A stretch of DNA of 64,000 nt from Mustelus asterias. Taxonomy: Eukaryota. Location: positions 14,384,001 through 14,448,000 of the forward strand of contig NC_135830.1 in NCBI RefSeq assembly GCF_964213995.1, given 5' to 3'. The translations under genes and the position numbers were made by a program. Positions 12,790 through 27,284 of this stretch are shown piece by piece; position 1 is the first letter of the stretch; each line of letters starts with the position of its first letter. The notes under the pieces were generated by a model. That model had not been told where the DNA came from, searched no databases, and saw only the letters and a program-made list of their open reading frames with translations.

Positions 12790-12920
12790 ACTGGGAGGAG
12801 ACCGGAGCACCGGAGGAAACCCATGCAGACACGGGGAGAACATGCAAACTCCACACAGACAGTGACCCAAGCCAAGAATCAAACCCGAGTCCCTGGCGCT
12901 GTGAGGCAGCAGTGCTCACC
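12790..12920 (-). mobile_element. HE1-like SINE fragment
   Basis: Core and B box on the reverse strand. Confidence 0.8.
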
Positions 12921-13802
12921 ATAATATGATCGTAAACTAATAATAATAGAAATGTGCTGAATTAGAAAACCATAAAAAATGGTCCGCCAATCACTTCAGT
13001 CTCCACAGTTGCACGGTTTTTCCCTAATGTGATTGAGAACGGAGTTGTTTCCTTCCATGTACAAAATTCTCTGCTGTTCAGATAATCTGATGCTTTGTGC
13101 AAGTTTCCTGACCCCAAATCCTCCTCTTCTCAAACCAACTATATTCACACCTAAACAGAGCTGAAGTTATTTTTCAATTCAGCAGAAACAGACCCAAAGG
13201 AACATGGTTTAGTCTGAATATGCTCAACAGGAAAATACAATCACAATAGTTCCTTGTGAATTCGCTGGTGTCTCAAAAGAGTGGATGAGGTAACATATCC
13301 CTTCCCACACCGGGAGCAAGTGAATGGCCTCTCCCCTTTGTGAATTCGCCGGTATATTGCTAGGCTGGATGAGTCAATGAATCTCTTGCCACACACACAG
13401 TAGGTAAAAGGCCTCTCTCCAGTGTGAACTCGCTGGTGTACTGCTCGTTTGGACTATTAAATCCCTTCCCACGCTGGGAGCAGGTGAATGGCCTCCTCTT
13501 TGTGAGTTCGCCAGTGTATTGCTAGGTTGGATGAATCAGCGAATCTCTTCTCACACTGGGTGCAGGTGAATGGCTTCTCCGCGGTGTGAACCCGCTGGTG
13601 TGTCAGCAGACTGGATGACCAACTGAATCCCTTCCTACACAAGAGCAGTTGAATGGCCTCGTCCCAGTGTGAATTTGCTGGTGTCTCAGCAGAGTAGATG
13701 AGTGAGCAAATCCCTTCCCACACTGGGGACAGATGAATGGCCTCTCCCCAGTGTGACTGCGTCAATGAGTTTCCAGCAGGGATGGGTAATTGAATTCCTT
13801 CC

Positions 13803-16003
13803 TTGGTTGAATTTAAAATACAGATGGAGCGTGAGAAGGTAAAATCCAAAACCAGTGTCTTGTACTTAAACTAAGGAGACTATAAAGGGATGAAGGAGGA
13901 GTTGGCTCAGGTAGACTGGGACAAAAACTTTATGGTGGGACAATTGAGGAACAGAGGAGGATTTTCAAAGCAATCTTTCACAGTGCTCAGCAAAAGTATA
14001 TACCAGTGATAAAGAAGAAAAAGAGATAATCAGCCACTGATATCTGAGGAAATAAAGGAGGTATCAAATTGAAAGAAAATGCAGACAAAGTGGCAAAGAT
14101 AAGTGGGAACTGAGAGGATCGGGAAATCTTTAAAGGTCAGCAGAAAGCCACGAAAAATGCTACAAAGAAAGGCAAGATGGATTATGAGAGTAAACTAGCT
14201 CAGAACATAAAAACAGAAAGCAAAAGTTTCGACAAATATATAAAACGAAAAAGAGTGGCGAAAGTAAACATTGGTCCTTTAGAGGACGAGAAGGGGGATG
14301 TAATAACTGGAAATGAGAAAATGGCTGGGGCATCGAACAGGTATTTTGTGTCAGTCTTCACAGTGGAAGACACAAATAACATGCCAAAAATTGATGACAG
14401 GAAGGCTATGGCAGGTGAGAACCTAGAAACTCTCATTATCACGAAAGAGGTAGTGTTGAGCAAGTTAATGGGGCGAAAGGTAGACAAGTCTCCTGGCCCT
14501 GATGAAATGCATCCCAGGGGACTAAAAGTGATGGCGGAAGAAATAGCAAATGCACTAGTGGTAATTTACCAAAATTCGCTGGACTCTGGGGTGGTTCCCG
14601 CAGATTGGAATACAGCAAATATGACACCACTGTTTAAAAAAGCAGGTAGACAAAAGGCAGGTATCTATAGGCTGGTTAGCTTAACTTCTGTAGTAGGGAA
14701 AATGCTTGAATCTATCATCAAGGAAGAAATAGCGAGACATCTGGATATAAATTGTCCCATTGGTAAGACGTAGCCTGGGTTCATGAACGGCAGGTCATGT
14801 TTGACTAATTTGGTGGAATTCTTTGAGAACATTACGTGCACAGTGGACAATGGGGAACCTGTGGATGTGGTGTATCTGGATTTCCAGAAGGCATTTGACA
14901 AGGTGCCGCACCAAAGACTGCTGCATAAGATAAAGGTGCACAGTGTTACGGGTAATGTATTAGCATGGATAGAGGATTGGTTAACTAACAGAAAGCAAAG
15001 AGTGGGGGTAAATGGGTGTTTTTCTGGTTGGCGATCAGTGACTAGTGATGTGCCTCAGGGATCAGTGTTGGGACCGCAATTGTTTACGATTTACATCGAT
15101 GATTTGGAGTTGGGGACCAAGTGTCGGGTGTCAAAATTCGCAGGTGACACTAAGAGCAAAGTGTGCAGAGGACGCTGAAAGTCTGCAAAGGGATATAGAT
15201 AATCTAAGTAAGTGGGCGAGGGTCTGGCAGATGGAGTACAATATTGGTAAATGTGAGGTCATCCATTTTGGTAGGAATAACAGCAAAATGGACTATTATT
15301 TAAATGGTAAAAATTTGCAGCATGCTGCTGTGCAGAGGGACAGGGGTGTCCTTGTGCAGGAATCTCAAGGAGTTGGTTTGCAGGTGCAGCAGGTAATTAA
15401 GAAGGCAAATGGAATTTTGTTCTTCATTGCGAGAGGGATGGAGTTTAAAAACAGCGAGGTTATGTTGCAGCTGTCTAAGGTGCTGGTGAGGCCACACCTG
15501 GAGTACTGTGTACTGTTTTGGTCACCTTACTTGAGAAAGGATATACTGGCTCTGGAGGGGGTGCAGAGGAGATTCACTGAGTTGAGTTGAGTTGAGAGGG
15601 TTGGCTTATGAGGAGAAACTGAGTAGACCGGGGCTATACTCATTGGAATTCAGAAGAATGAGGGGAGATCTTATAGAAACATATAAGATTATGAAGGGAA
15701 TAGATAAGACAGAAGCAGGGAAGTTGTTTCCACTGGCGGGTGAAACTAGAACTAGGGGGCATAGCCTCAAAATAAGGGGAAGCAGATTTAGGACTGAGTT
15801 GAGGAGGAACTTCTTCACACAAAGGGTTGTGAATCTGTGGAATTCCCTGCCCAGTGAAGCAGTTGAGGCTACCTCATTGAATGTTTTGAAGGCAAGGATA
15901 GATAAATTATTGAACAGTAAAGGAATTAAGGGCTATGGTGAGCGGGCGGGTAAGTGGAGCTGAGTCCACAAAAAGATCAGCCATGAGGGCTCGAGGGGCC
16001 AGA
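13803..16003 (+). mobile_element. 5'-truncated CR1 LINE ORF2 with stops and frameshifts
   Basis: ORFs 14177-15963: [39 protein letters not shown]1 C-terminus. Confidence 0.92.
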
Positions 16004-16004
16004 T

Positions 16005-16200
16005 AGAATCATAGAAACCCTACAGTGCAGAAAGAGGCCATCTGGCCCATCGAGTCTGCACCAACCACAATCCCACCCAGGCTCTACCCCCATATCCCTA
16101 CACATTTACCCGCTAATCCCTCTGACCTACGCATCTCAGGACACTAAGGGGCAATTTTAACATGGCCAATCAACCTAACCCGCACATTTTTGGACTGTGT
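16005..16200 (-). mobile_element. HE1-like SINE 3' half
   Basis: Tail and partial core. Confidence 0.8.
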
Positions 16201-16201
16201 G

Positions 16202-17020
16202 ACATAAGAACATAAGAAATAGGAGCAGGAGTAGGCCATCTAGCCCCTCGAGCCTGCCCCGCCATTCAATAAGATCATGGATGATCTGAAGTGGATCAGT
16301 TCCACTTACCCGCCTGATCCCCATAACCCCTAATTCCCTTACCGATCAGGAATCCATCTATCCGTGATTTAAACCTATTCAACGAGGTAGCCTCCACCAC
16401 TTCAGTGGGCAGAGAATTCCAGAGATTCACCACCCTCTGAGAGAAGAAGTTCCTCCTCAACTCTGTCCTAAACTGACCCCCCGTTATTTTGAGGCTGTGC
16501 CCTCTAGTTCTAGCTTCCTTTCTAAGTGGAAAGTATCTCTCCACCTCTACCCTATCCAGCCCCTTCATTATCTTATAGGTCTCTATAAGATCCCCCCTCA
16601 GCCTTCTAAATTCCAACGAGTACAAACCCAATCTGCTCAGTCTCTCCTCATAATCAACACCCCTCATCTCTGCTATCAACCTGGTGAACCTTCTCTGCAC
16701 TCCCTCCAAGGCCAATATATCCTTCCGCAAATAAGGGGACCAATACTGCACACAGTATTCCAGCTGCGGCCTCACCAATGCCTTGTACAGATGCAGCAAG
16801 ACATCTCTGCTTTTATATTCTATCCCCCTAGAGATATAGGCCAACATCCCATTTGCCTTCTTGATCACCTGTTGCACCTGCAGGCTGGGTTTTTGCATCT
16901 CATGCACAAGGACCCCCAGGTCTCTCTGCACAGCAGCATGTTGTAATTTCTTTCCATTTAGATAATAATCCAATTTGCTATTATTTCTTCCAAAGTGAAT
17001 AACCTCACATTTATCAACAT
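16202..17020 (-). mobile_element. CR1 3' fragment with (CTTATGTT)n-type tail
   Basis: ORF 16296..17081 KCEVIHFG...GYGDQAGKWN; cataagaacataagaa at 16203. Confidence 0.9.
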
Positions 17021-17282
17021 CCCGAAACTGGAGTATCTGGAGGAAACCCACGCAGACATGAGGAGAATGTGCAAACTCCACACAGATAGTGACCCAAGCC
17101 GGGAATTGAACCCAGGTCCCTGGAGCAGTGAAGCAGCAGTGCTAACCACTGTGCTACCGTGCTGCCCCTACTCCTGCTCCTAGTTCTTATGTTCTTCCCA
17201 CAATCCCCACATTTCCATGGCATCTCCCTCTGACTGCAAATTATGTTCCAAAAGGCCAGATGATTGGTTGAAGACTAAGACC

Positions 17283-17420
17283 TAAGACTTACCTGGATAG
17301 TAACATGAGCAGCCTGGGAATGGAGGGATACAAACGATTGGTCTAGTTGGACCAAGGAGCGGCACAGGCTTGGAGGGCCGAAGGGCCTGTTTCCTGTGCT
17401 GTACTGTTCTTTGTTCTTTG
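17283..17420 (+). mobile_element. CR1 extreme 3' end (same subfamily as 51-55 kb element, short 3' UTR)
   Basis: gggaatggagggatacaaa...ggagcggc.caggcttggagggccgaagggcc...ttctttgttctttg. Confidence 0.8.
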
Positions 17421-19307
17421 AAGCTTTCACCACACCTGGCGAAACCTCTGACGAACCTGACTAAAACTGAGGATAAAGTATTGGTGTCTGTAAGGGCTAA
17501 AACAATACCCTTGGCTTCCTTGTAGATCTGTGGCACCAAGTTCAAGACTCCTTCATGAATCATCCTCTTGGCCTCCAGCCTGTCAACTGTCCATGAGAAT
17601 CTTATATGTTTCAGAATGTTCACTGCTCATTCTTCCAAACCTAATGAGTATAGGTGCAACCCTTCCCCAAAAGACGAGTTGGATTCTGCAGCATCACTTC
17701 CCCAAAACTGGAGAATCCCCCCCCCGAGGTCAAAGGACCTTTGTGTGGTCCACCCCCCGGCCTGCTACGATTCCTGTGGTGGGTGAAGACAACACCTTCA
17801 TCTTAGGAATGGGCGTGGTGAACTTTCTCTGAACTCATTCCAATGAAAGAATATCATTCCATAAGTAGGGAGACCAGAACCGTACACAGTATTCCAGCTG
17901 CTATCTCAGCAATGTCCTGTGTAGGTGCAGCAAGTTCCCTTTTTCAAACTCCACCCCCTTGCAGTAAAGTCCAACACTCCATTTGCCTTCTTCTTTACTT
18001 GCTGTACCTTCATCCTATTTTTTCACGATTCATGTACAAGGACACCCAGATTCCTCTCTACGGCAGTATCCTTCAGTTTCTGTACATTTATACATTTTTT
18101 TGCTTCTCTATTCTTCCTGCCAAAGAGGAAAAGCTCCCACTTTCCCGCACTATACTCCATCTGCCATTTTTCTGTCCATTCAGGTAACTTATCTGTGTCC
18201 CTTACAGATTTTTTGTAATAACCTCACAACTTGCTTTTCTACCTATCTTTGTATCATCAATTCTGGCTTCATCCAAGTCATTGATCAAGGTGGCTGTTTT
18301 TCTCTCTCTCAGTTGTGGGTGATATTTGTCCCTATTCTCCTGGAAATTGAATGAATCTTGTTCCAAACTGGGTTCAATATCAGACATTTCAGGGAGTCAG
18401 GAATCATTCACCCCTGAACCTACACTGGTAAAACCCCAGGCAGTTCCTCAGTAAGGGTGTTTCTGGTTCCTCACCATATATTAGTCAGGATACTGAAACC
18501 CAGCATTTTTACAGTCCACTCCTGGAGGCCCCACTCCCTGAGCCGACAACATTCAGCAGTGTCAGTGCTGAAGTTTCACCGTGGGAGTGATTCCCAGAGT
18601 AACTGTCAATCAGATCACCATTGATGTCCAGGTTTGTGTATTTTTAGTTATCCTGATGTCTAACACACACACATCAATAAAACAGGGAATTCCTGCAAAC
18701 AAACTGCAGCTTCTTCTCTATCTGGAGATCCAATATTTGTTGAATAATTGTCCCAGCGGTTAACAGGCTCCTGTGAACTCATCCAACTCGTATTTTAATA
18801 CTGACTTTAACAAATATATTTTAAATAGGTTTATTTTAAATGAGTTAAAACCAGCCTTAAAATGGTAGATATAGTATAATAACCATAGTAATTTTCAGAC
18901 TGGAAACTTTAACCTGCTGTTTCACTTTGATTTCGGAGCAGATCCCAGTTTTACACCAATCTCTGATTCATGTATCCAGCATTCACCGTCATTCTAAAAA
19001 CAGAAGTTGCTGCAAAATCTCAGTAAGTCTGACAGTATCTGTAAAGACAGGAACAGTTAATGTTTCCAGTTGAATGTGACTCTTCTTCAGTGTCAAAACA
19101 TTAGCTCTGTTTCTCTCTCCAGAGAGTCAGACCTGCTGAGTTTTTACAGCACTTCTTGTTTTTATTTACGAGTTCAGGACTCAGACAAGACAATCCACAA
19201 TACAAATCTTACAACTGGGCCAGGGTTTATTAACATCAGCAGAAACAGACACCAATGAAAATGGTTGGGACCTCGATGTGATTAACAGCAAAATTCAGTC
19301 CTTGCAG

Positions 19308-20066
19308 TCACTCGTGAACATGATGGTGTTTCAGCAGGTGAGGTGACTGAGTGAATCCCTTCCCACACACGGAGCAGGTGAATGGCCTGTCCCCAGTGTG
19401 AATTCGCTGGTGCTTTACCAGGTTGGATGATTGACTGAATCCCTTGCCACAATCAGAGCAGGTGAATGGTCTCTCCCCAGTGTGAACTCGCTGGTGCCTC
19501 CGCAGGCTGGATGAACAAGTGAATCCCTCCCCACACTGAGAGCAGCTGAATGGTCTCTCCCCAGTGTGAACTCGCTGGTGTTTCCGCAGGCTGGATAACT
19601 GAGTGAATCCCTTCCCACAATGAGAGCAGCTGAATGGCCTCTCCCCCGTGTGAACTCGCTGGTGTGTCTGCAGGTGGGATGACCGAGTGAATCCCTTCCC
19701 ACACTGAGGACATGTAAATGGCCTCTCCACCGTGTGAACTCGCTGGTGCCTCCGCAGGTGGGATGAACAAGTGAATCCCTTCCCACACTGAGAGCAGGTG
19801 AACGGCCTCTCCCCAGTGTGAACTCGCTGGTGTGTCTGCAGGCTGGATAAATGACTGAATCCCTTCCCACACTGAGAGCAGGTGAACGGTCTCTCCCCAG
19901 TGTGAACACGCTGGTGTGACTGCAGGCTGAATGACTGAGTGAATCCCTCCCCACACTGAGAGCAGGTGAATGGTCTCTCCCCAGTGTGGCTGTGCCGATG
20001 AGCATCCAGCAGAGAGGGGGCTCTGTATCTCTTCCCACAGTCCACACATTTCCATGGTTTCTCCAT
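19308..20066 (-). CDS. C2H2 zinc-finger protein, 9 fingers
   Basis: Open frame from ATG 20066 (MEKPWKC) to TGA 19308; acceptor ttttacag| at 20405; candidate first-exon donor |gtgagt at ~25427. Confidence 0.9.
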   Translation of the reverse strand: MEKPWKCVDCGKRYRAPSLLDAHRHSHTGERPFTCSQCGEGFTQSFSLQSHQRVHTGERPFTCSQCGKGFSHLSSLQTHQRVHTGERPFTCSQCGKGFTCSSHLRRHQRVHTVERPFTCPQCGKGFTRSSHLQTHQRVHTGERPFSCSHCGKGFTQLSSLRKHQRVHTGERPFSCSQCGEGFTCSSSLRRHQRVHTGERPFTCSDCGKGFSQSSNLVKHQRIHTGDRPFTCSVCGKGFTQSPHLLKHHHVHE

Positions 20067-21989
20067 GGTGCAGGTGTCCTTGGGTGGACAATCAGTTGAC
20101 GCCTTGTCCACACACAGAACACGAGTACAGGCTCTCCCCGCTGTGAATGGTGTGATATTTATTCAGGCTGTGTAACTGGTTAAAGCTCTTTAGTCCGTGC
20201 ACTGGAAGACTCTCACTCGAGTGTGGCAGTGTGTTGGTGCTTTTCCAGTCACACTGATGGTCGAACTCTTTTCAAATCGACAAACTGGACAATCATTTCT
20301 CCTTCTGGATTCAATGGCCGATGATATTCAGCTCCCAAGGAATATAACTCTGTCAGATCTGACGTGATGTATGAGATTTCGGTCTGTGATTCCTCTTTCA
20401 ATATCCTGTAAAATGAGTTTACAAAAGTCATCACTGTCAGTACAGGATAGAAATTCAGAACAGACAATTCTAGTTTCTATGGAACATTCTTTCCTCTCTC
20501 ATTGCCCAAAGCTGTAAATCTCCATCCCACACACTCTCCCTCCATTCTCACTCTGCTGTATCTAATATTCACCCTCCCAATTCTCCTGAAGGTGCTGATT
20601 GAGGCCGATTGACAGATCCATGCTCACTGCTTCCTGTCCTGGACCCAGGGACCATAACAAATAGGAGCTGCAGTCGGCCATTTGGCTCATCGAGTCTTTT
20701 AAACTATTCAATGAGATAATTCGTTCATCGACCACAGCATTATTCTCCCCACACTAAACCCATATCCCTGGATATCTTCAATATCTAGAAACCAATCAAT
20801 CTAACTCTTGAAAATAGTTGATGTCTGAGGCTTCACTGTCCTCAGGGGTTGAGAATTCCAAAGCTTTACCACATTCTTGAGTGAAGAAATCCCCCACATA
20901 TTAGCTTTTGCTCCATCTTCTTGTCTGTTCCCCATAACCCTTGACACCCTTGTCAGTCAAAGATCTGTCTAACTGGAATATATTCAATGATCCTCAGCCT
21001 CCACTGGTCCCTGTGGAAGAGAAATCCAAAAGACTCATAACCCTCTGAGGGAAGAGACGTCTGGAAATATATAACGTAGCTACAGTTCCATATTACAAGA
21101 TATTCAGAATGGTTGAGATATTTGCCTGTGATTCCTCATTCAAAATCCTGTGAAATGAGTTTGCAAAAGTCAGCACAGTCAGTATAGGATAGAAATTCAG
21201 AACAGACAATTCTAGTTTCTATGGAACATTCTTTCCTACTTCATTCCCAAAAAGTTATAAATCTCCATCCATATCTATGGATTCCATTTAAAAATGAAAG
21301 TGGATGGGCATTTGAAGGAAATAAACTTTCAGGAGAATGGGGATATAGAGTGGGAATGGGACTGGAATGTTATACAGAGAGTCAGCATGGACTCGAGTTA
21401 CCAAATGGATTCCTTCTGTGCTGTAATGACTTTATGACTGGAAATGTATAACATCGCTACAGCATTATATTACAATGCAAGAAATAATAATAAATATATT
21501 TTATTACAGAAACATAAATAATATATTTAATCTGGGTACCATATAATAACACGAGACATATCTCTGTCCTATATTAATTTACCGTCCCCTTAAATGTCAG
21601 CCATCTCCTGCCCTTTAATTGTGAACATTTGGAAAGAGACCATCCTTTTAGACAGAAAGAAGATTAACGTTTCAGGGTGGGCAGAATGAATTACAGGGAA
21701 TAAAAATGTCTCAGATTTTGTTGGTCAATATAAGCTCAGAAGTGGAAGGGAAATGATCTCCAGTGGAAGAGAAACAATTCCTGAACATTGTAAGACTAAG
21801 CTGGTAAATCAGCAGTGAATAGAGTTGTGAAGTGGTAAAAACCTCATCAAGACATAGCTTGCTGAAATAATAGTTAAAATACACCCATTATAAGAGGCAG
21901 AGGAAGGTAGACAATGGCAGAGAGCTGATCAGGAAGGGCAGAGGTGAAACAGAGAAATGGATGGCCATTTAAAAATTCATAAAAAGCAT

Positions 21990-23235
21990 GGTTAGCGAGT
22001 TTGCAGACGATACTGAATTCGGAGGTATCGCCGATAGTGAAGAAGGTTATCAAATATTACAGGGGGATGTTGATCAGTTGATCAGTTAGAGAAGTGGGCT
22101 GATGATTGGCAAATGGATTTCAGTACAGATAATACAGAGTACAGAGGCACAACCTCAGGCTAAAGGGACGATCCTTTAAAACAGAGACAAGGAGGAATTT
22201 CTTCAGCCAGAGAGTGGTGAATTTGTGGAACTCTTTGCCACAGAAGGCTGTGGAGGCCAGGTCATTGACTGTCTTTAAGACAGAGATAGATCGGTTCTTG
22301 ATTAATAAGGGGATCAGGGGTTATGGGAAAAAGGCAGGAGAATGAGGATGAGAAAAATATCAGCCATGATTGAATGGCGGAGCAGACTCAATGGGCCAAG
22401 TGGCCTAATTCTGCTCCTATGTCTTATGGTCTTGAGTGTGAGTGTTGCATTTTGCAAAGTCAAACCAGGGTAGGACTTACACTGTGAATGGTAAGGCCCT
22501 GGGGAGTGTTGAGGAACAGAGGAACCCAGGGGTACAAGTACATAGTTCGTTGAAAGTGGCGTCACAGGTAGACAGAATGGTGAAGAAGGCATTTCGCACA
22601 CTGGCCTTCATCAGTCAGGGCACTGAGTATAGGAGTTGGGACATTCTGTTATAGTTGTATGAGTCGTTGGTGAGGCTGCACTTGGAGTATTGTGTACAGT
22701 TTTTGTAACCCTGTCATAGGAAAGACATTGATAAACTGGAAAGAGTGCAAAGAAGATTTATGAGGATGTTGCCGGGACTAATGGGTCTGAGTGGTCATGA
22801 GAGGTTGGACAGGCGATGGTTGTATTCCTTCAAACATAGGAGAATATGGGGGTGACCATATTGAGGTGTATTAAATAATGAGGGGCATAGATAGGATGAA
22901 CCCACATTGTCTTTTTGCCAGGGTAGGGGAATTGAAAACTAGAGGGCATAGGTTTAAGATGAGAGGGGAAAGATTAAAAGGGGCCTCAGAGGCAACTTTT
23001 TCATGCAGAGGGTGGTGTGTACATGGAATGAGCTGCCAGAGAAAGTGGTTGAGGCAGGTTCAAACAGCAGGTTTAAACATTTAAAAAGCATTTGGATAAG
23101 TACATGAATTGGAAAAGATTAGAGGGATATGAGCCAAACATGGGCAATTGGGACTAGCTGGGAGGGCACCATGGTTGGCATGGATCAGTTGGGCCCAAGG
23201 GCCTGTTTCCGTGCTGTATTGCTCTATGACTCTAT
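21990..23235 (+). mobile_element. Degenerate nested CR1 fragments (mirrored at ~35790-37010)
   Basis: FADD at ~22001, LHFAKSNQGRTY, TRGHRFK motifs. Confidence 0.8.
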
Positions 23236-24061
23236 GTGTTGGCTGCGTCAGCATCTATTGCCCATAACTCATTGTCCTTGAACTGAGTGGCTTGCATTGC
23301 TGGGAGATGTAGTAATTCCCTTCTTCAAAGGACATTATTAAATTGGATGGATTTTTACAACAATTGTCATCAATGGACTTCTAATTCTAGATTTTTACTG
23401 AATTCAAATTTCAACATTTGCCACTGTGAGATTCGAACCCAGGGTTCACAGTGCATTGCCCTGGATCCCTGTATTACTAATCCAATAACACTATCACTGC
23501 ACCATTGCCTCCTCATCCATGGTAAAGGAGTCATAATAGTCCGAGATCCATGGAATCAGAGCATGCTCTGAATTTAAATTAATGCTCACTAACACTCACC
23601 CCAAAACCATTTCACTGTTTTCACATTTTAAAATCTGCTGCAGCTGAAAAGATCTCGGAGAGATTGGTGTCCGGGAAAAATGTTGCAATCTTCAAATCTT
23701 GTCCCTGTAAATGAGGAAAGTTATCGGTGTAATTCAAGGTTAGAAATTCAAGACAGACAAACATTTCTTTTGGTCTGAGTTTGCTGTGAGTACATCTTTC
23801 CCTTCTAACCCCCTGTAAAAGAAGTTTCCAAAATCCATCAGCATCTGTCCAGAACAGAAATTCAAAACATTCACTCCTCCTTTAACCTGGCACAGAATTA
23901 CTTTAGCTGGGACAAAATTGCAGTGGAGCCGTTCAGAGAAGATCCAGTTGGTTGATTCCTGAAATGAGGAGCTTTATATTTCAGGTTGAGCAGCTTGGGC
24001 CTGTACTCTTTGGAGTTTAGAAGACTGAGAAGTAATCTTAATGAAACATCTGGGAATTTAA

Positions 24062-24800
24062 GGGCGGCATGGTGACTAGCACTGCTGCCTCACAGCGCCA
24101 GGGTCCCAGGTTCAATTCCGGCCTTGGGTCACTGTCTGGATGGAGATTGCACATTCTCCCCATGTCTGCGTGGGTTTCCTCCGGGTGCTCTGGTTTCCTC
24201 CCACAGTCCAAAGATGTGTGGTTTAGGTGGATTGGCCATGCTAAATTGACCCTAGTGTCAGGGGGATTAGCAGGATAAATGCATGGGGTTGTGGGGATGG
24301 GGCCTGGGTGGGATTGTGGTCAATACAGACTCGATGGGCACGGTAGCACAGTGGTTCGGGGCGGCACGGTAGCACAGTGGTTAGGGGCGGCACGGTAGCA
24401 CAGTGGTTAGGGCAGCACGGTAGCACAGTGGTTAGCACTGCTGTTTCACAGCTCCAGGGTCCTGGGTTCGATTCCCGGCTCAGGTCACTGTCTGTGTGGA
24501 GTTTGCACATTGTCTGCGTGGGTTTCCTCCGGGTGCTCCGGTTTCCTCCCACAGTCCAAAGATGTGCAGGTTAGGTTGATTGGCCAGGTTAAAAATTGCC
24601 CCTTAGAGTCCTGGGATGCGTAGGTTAGAGGGATTAGCGGGTAAATTAGCGGGTAAAAAAAAAAAGGGATTAGCGGGTAGGGCCTGGGTGGGATTGTGGT
24701 CGGTGCAGACTCGATGGGCCGAATGGCCTCCTTCTGCACTGTAGGGTTTCTATGATTTCTATGATTCTATGAATGGCCTCCTTCTGCACTGTAGGGATTC
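24062..24800 (+). mobile_element. HE1-like SINE with a younger SINE nested in its tail (~24338-24770)
   Basis: Inner copy starts with four tandem gcacggtagcacagtggtt heads; outer tail resumes at gaatggcctccttc 24771. Confidence 0.85.
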
Positions 24801-25119
24801 ATATGATATAAGGTGCTTGACAAGGTAGATGCTGAGAGGATGTTTCCTCTGGTGTGGGAATCAAGTAAAAATAAAGGATCTCAAATTTAAGATGAAGAGA
24901 GATCTTTTCTCTCAGCGGGTTGTTGATCTTTGGAACTCTGTCTTCACCAGTGAGGATTGGAGGCAGGTCATTGAATATATTCAAAGCTGAAGTTTTGATC
25001 CACAAGAAAGTCAAGGGTATGGACGGGGTGGGGGAGCAAAGTAGACATGATCTTATTGAATGATGCAGCAGGCTCGATGGGCCGAATGACGGGCTCCTGT
25101 TCCGAATTCTTATTCCGAT

Positions 25120-25600
25120 GTGCTTGGATAGCTGCGCATGCGCCCTGCTACCTATTGTCCCTCTGAAGATAGAGGTTCTGAACCAGCCCCTGAAACCACG
25201 CCCATTGTGACCCGTCACAGACAGCAGCGCATGCGCTCCGTCTCCGCTAAAATAAGATGGTGGCCGATAACCGGGGCCTGTTCCCGAGATAAAAGCCTGG
25301 GAGCTGTAAACCAGGGGCCTGCAGTGTCTTATTCGGGCCGTGCGGCCTACAGCGGATGTTTGTGAAGCCATAACTCTCCCCCTACCCCGACTCCCGGCTC
25401 CATTTCTCCCGCAGCCCCACCGACTCACCCACTGAAAAAAGCGTCTCCCGCACTCACAGGGCTACGAGCAAAGTGACACTGCGCACGCTCCAGATATAGC
25501 ACTGCGCACGCTCCAGATATAGCACTGCGCCTGCGCAATGGGCTCCTGTGGAATGAATAGGACACTTTCCCACCCGCAGGGGCACCTGGGAATTAATGGC
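25120..25600 (-). promoter_or_regulatory. CpG-island promoter of ZNF 19308 (duplicated at ~33540-34000)
   Basis: NRF1 motifs TGCGCATGCGC (25133), GCGCATGCGC (25227), TGCGCCTGCGCA (~25525); YY1-like AAGATGG(T/C)GGCCG. Confidence 0.7.
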
Positions 25601-26477
25601 GTCATTATCAAAGACAATAATAGAAAATTATCTTGTGCAATTAAGATCAATTAATTTTTAAAAATGTATTTCTCGGAATTTGCGCGCTGCCATTCTCTAT
25701 TTCTAAAATTGATTTCAACCAGTGGTCTCCTGTGAGAATACCCCTACTTTTTAAAACTTTTCTCTCTGCTCTCCTGAAGATGCTCATACTGGTTGGGTAA
25801 ATCCCACAGAGACTGATTTCTTTCACTTTCTTTCTCCTGATGCTGAATATTCTGTTTTATGGAATGATACATCACAGATGGGAACAATTTGGCCCATCCT
25901 GCCCAACCTCTTTAAGATCTATCCAATTAATTCCACAGCCCTGCTGGCAGAGTCAGAACAATATATATTTTCTGCAGCACTGCAGCAGGTGAATGGAAAA
26001 GGTTTTCCAGTTGTATATTTCTCAGACACACTCACCTCTGGAAAGATCAATTGGCCTGTGTACTAGGCATATATTAACGTTCCACTTAAAATTAAAACAG
26101 AAAATTTAAAAAGCAGTTACCAGGGCCGGATTTATTGTCAAACTGATGATGCCGTTAGAAATGAGCCAGCTATCCAAGAAGTCACTCAAAGTATTGAATC
26201 AAACAAAATTGATCAAAGATTCAGATAAAACATTCTGTTTTCTAACATGGTGCTGTGATTTTATGTGATGGTTTCAATGTTCTCACAATTACCTGGTGTG
26301 GTCTGGGTTTATTTTATACTCATTCCCATCACTGTCCATGAAACACATTACATGCACTCTGATTCTCCATCCCATCAGAGACAATTCAATCACTGACCGG
26401 AAATTAGGGTTTTTAACAACAGCTCTGACAACCGAGAATGCACCGTGAGGCAAAATTAACCCTAGCTGACAAATTCC

Positions 26478-26722
26478 AGACAGTGAACATTATCTCCCAG
26501 ACCCAAGTATAAACCAGTAAACATTATCCCCCCAAGATCCGAATATAAAACAGTGAACATTATTCCCCCAGACCCGAATATAAAAGAGTGAACATTATCC
26601 CCCCCAGACCCGAATATAAAACAGTGAACATTATCCCCAGACCCGAATATAAAATAGTGAACATTATCCCCCAGATCCGAATATAAAATAGTGAGCATTA
26701 TCCCCCCCACACTTGAATACAA
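26478..26722. repeat. ~36-bp minisatellite, about 7 copies
   Basis: aaacagtgaacattatcccccagacccgaatata units. Confidence 0.9.
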
Positions 26723-27284
26723 AATTGTCCTGATGGATTCAGACAGCATTATCACAATATTCCAAATGTGTTTTTTCCAGGAATAGATTCAGCGGCTGCA
26801 TCACTGAAGACCAGAGATACTCTCCTCAAACTCGGCTCATGTGAGGAATCCCTCCAATGAGGCTCAGGAATGCTACAACCAGAGTCACGTGACCACCAAG
26901 TGTGTAACTGAACAAACTACCGCAACGTTGAAGATGTGTTTCAGTGTGAAATGATTTGCTTCACCTGTTGCTTCAGATTTGAGACGAAATGTCCCTTTCT
27001 GGGGTAATTTGACCTTGACCCAGGCACTTTTCAGATCTGAAAGTGATGGCCTTTAGCACAATCACAAGGCTGCACAATACAGAATGAACACTAATCTGTT
27101 TCATTCTGCGACTATGCAGTGGTTACATGAGTGATACCTTCCACTAATTAGCTGCTAGCATCAGTCCAAAAAGGCATTCAGCCTCCCACACTAGTAAGCA
27201 AGGCTGGGTATGAATATCTTTCACAACACCAGGTTAAAGTCCAACAGGTTTATTTGATAGCAAAAGCCACTCGCTTTTGACGAA

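Larger units (their letters stand above)
13240..17275 (-). pseudogene. ZNF pseudogene (paralog of the 7781 gene) split by ~3.4 kb of CR1/SINE insertions
   Basis: Fingers 13240-13802 end at gatgggtaattgaattccttcc and resume at ~17193 (ttcccacaatccccacatttccatggcatctcc), collinear with 8580-8680; frameshifts and stops. Confidence 0.85.
19930..25893. repeat. Left arm of ~6-kb inverted segmental duplication
   Basis: Mirror-image ORF pairs 21221+/37551-, 22442+/36353-, 23287+/35447-, 24799-/33565+, 25462-/33525+; inner end catcacagatggga.caatttggc. Confidence 0.92.

Noticed and set aside
19415-20122. Long alternative-frame ORFs over finger arrays (also 38912-39361, 7974-8186)
   Set aside because: Expected by-product of repetitive ZNF codon usage
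24799-25428. 209-aa and 230-aa ORFs conserved between 24799- and 33565+
   Set aside because: Similarity is explained by the recent duplication; GC-rich promoter plus repeat sequence with no domain
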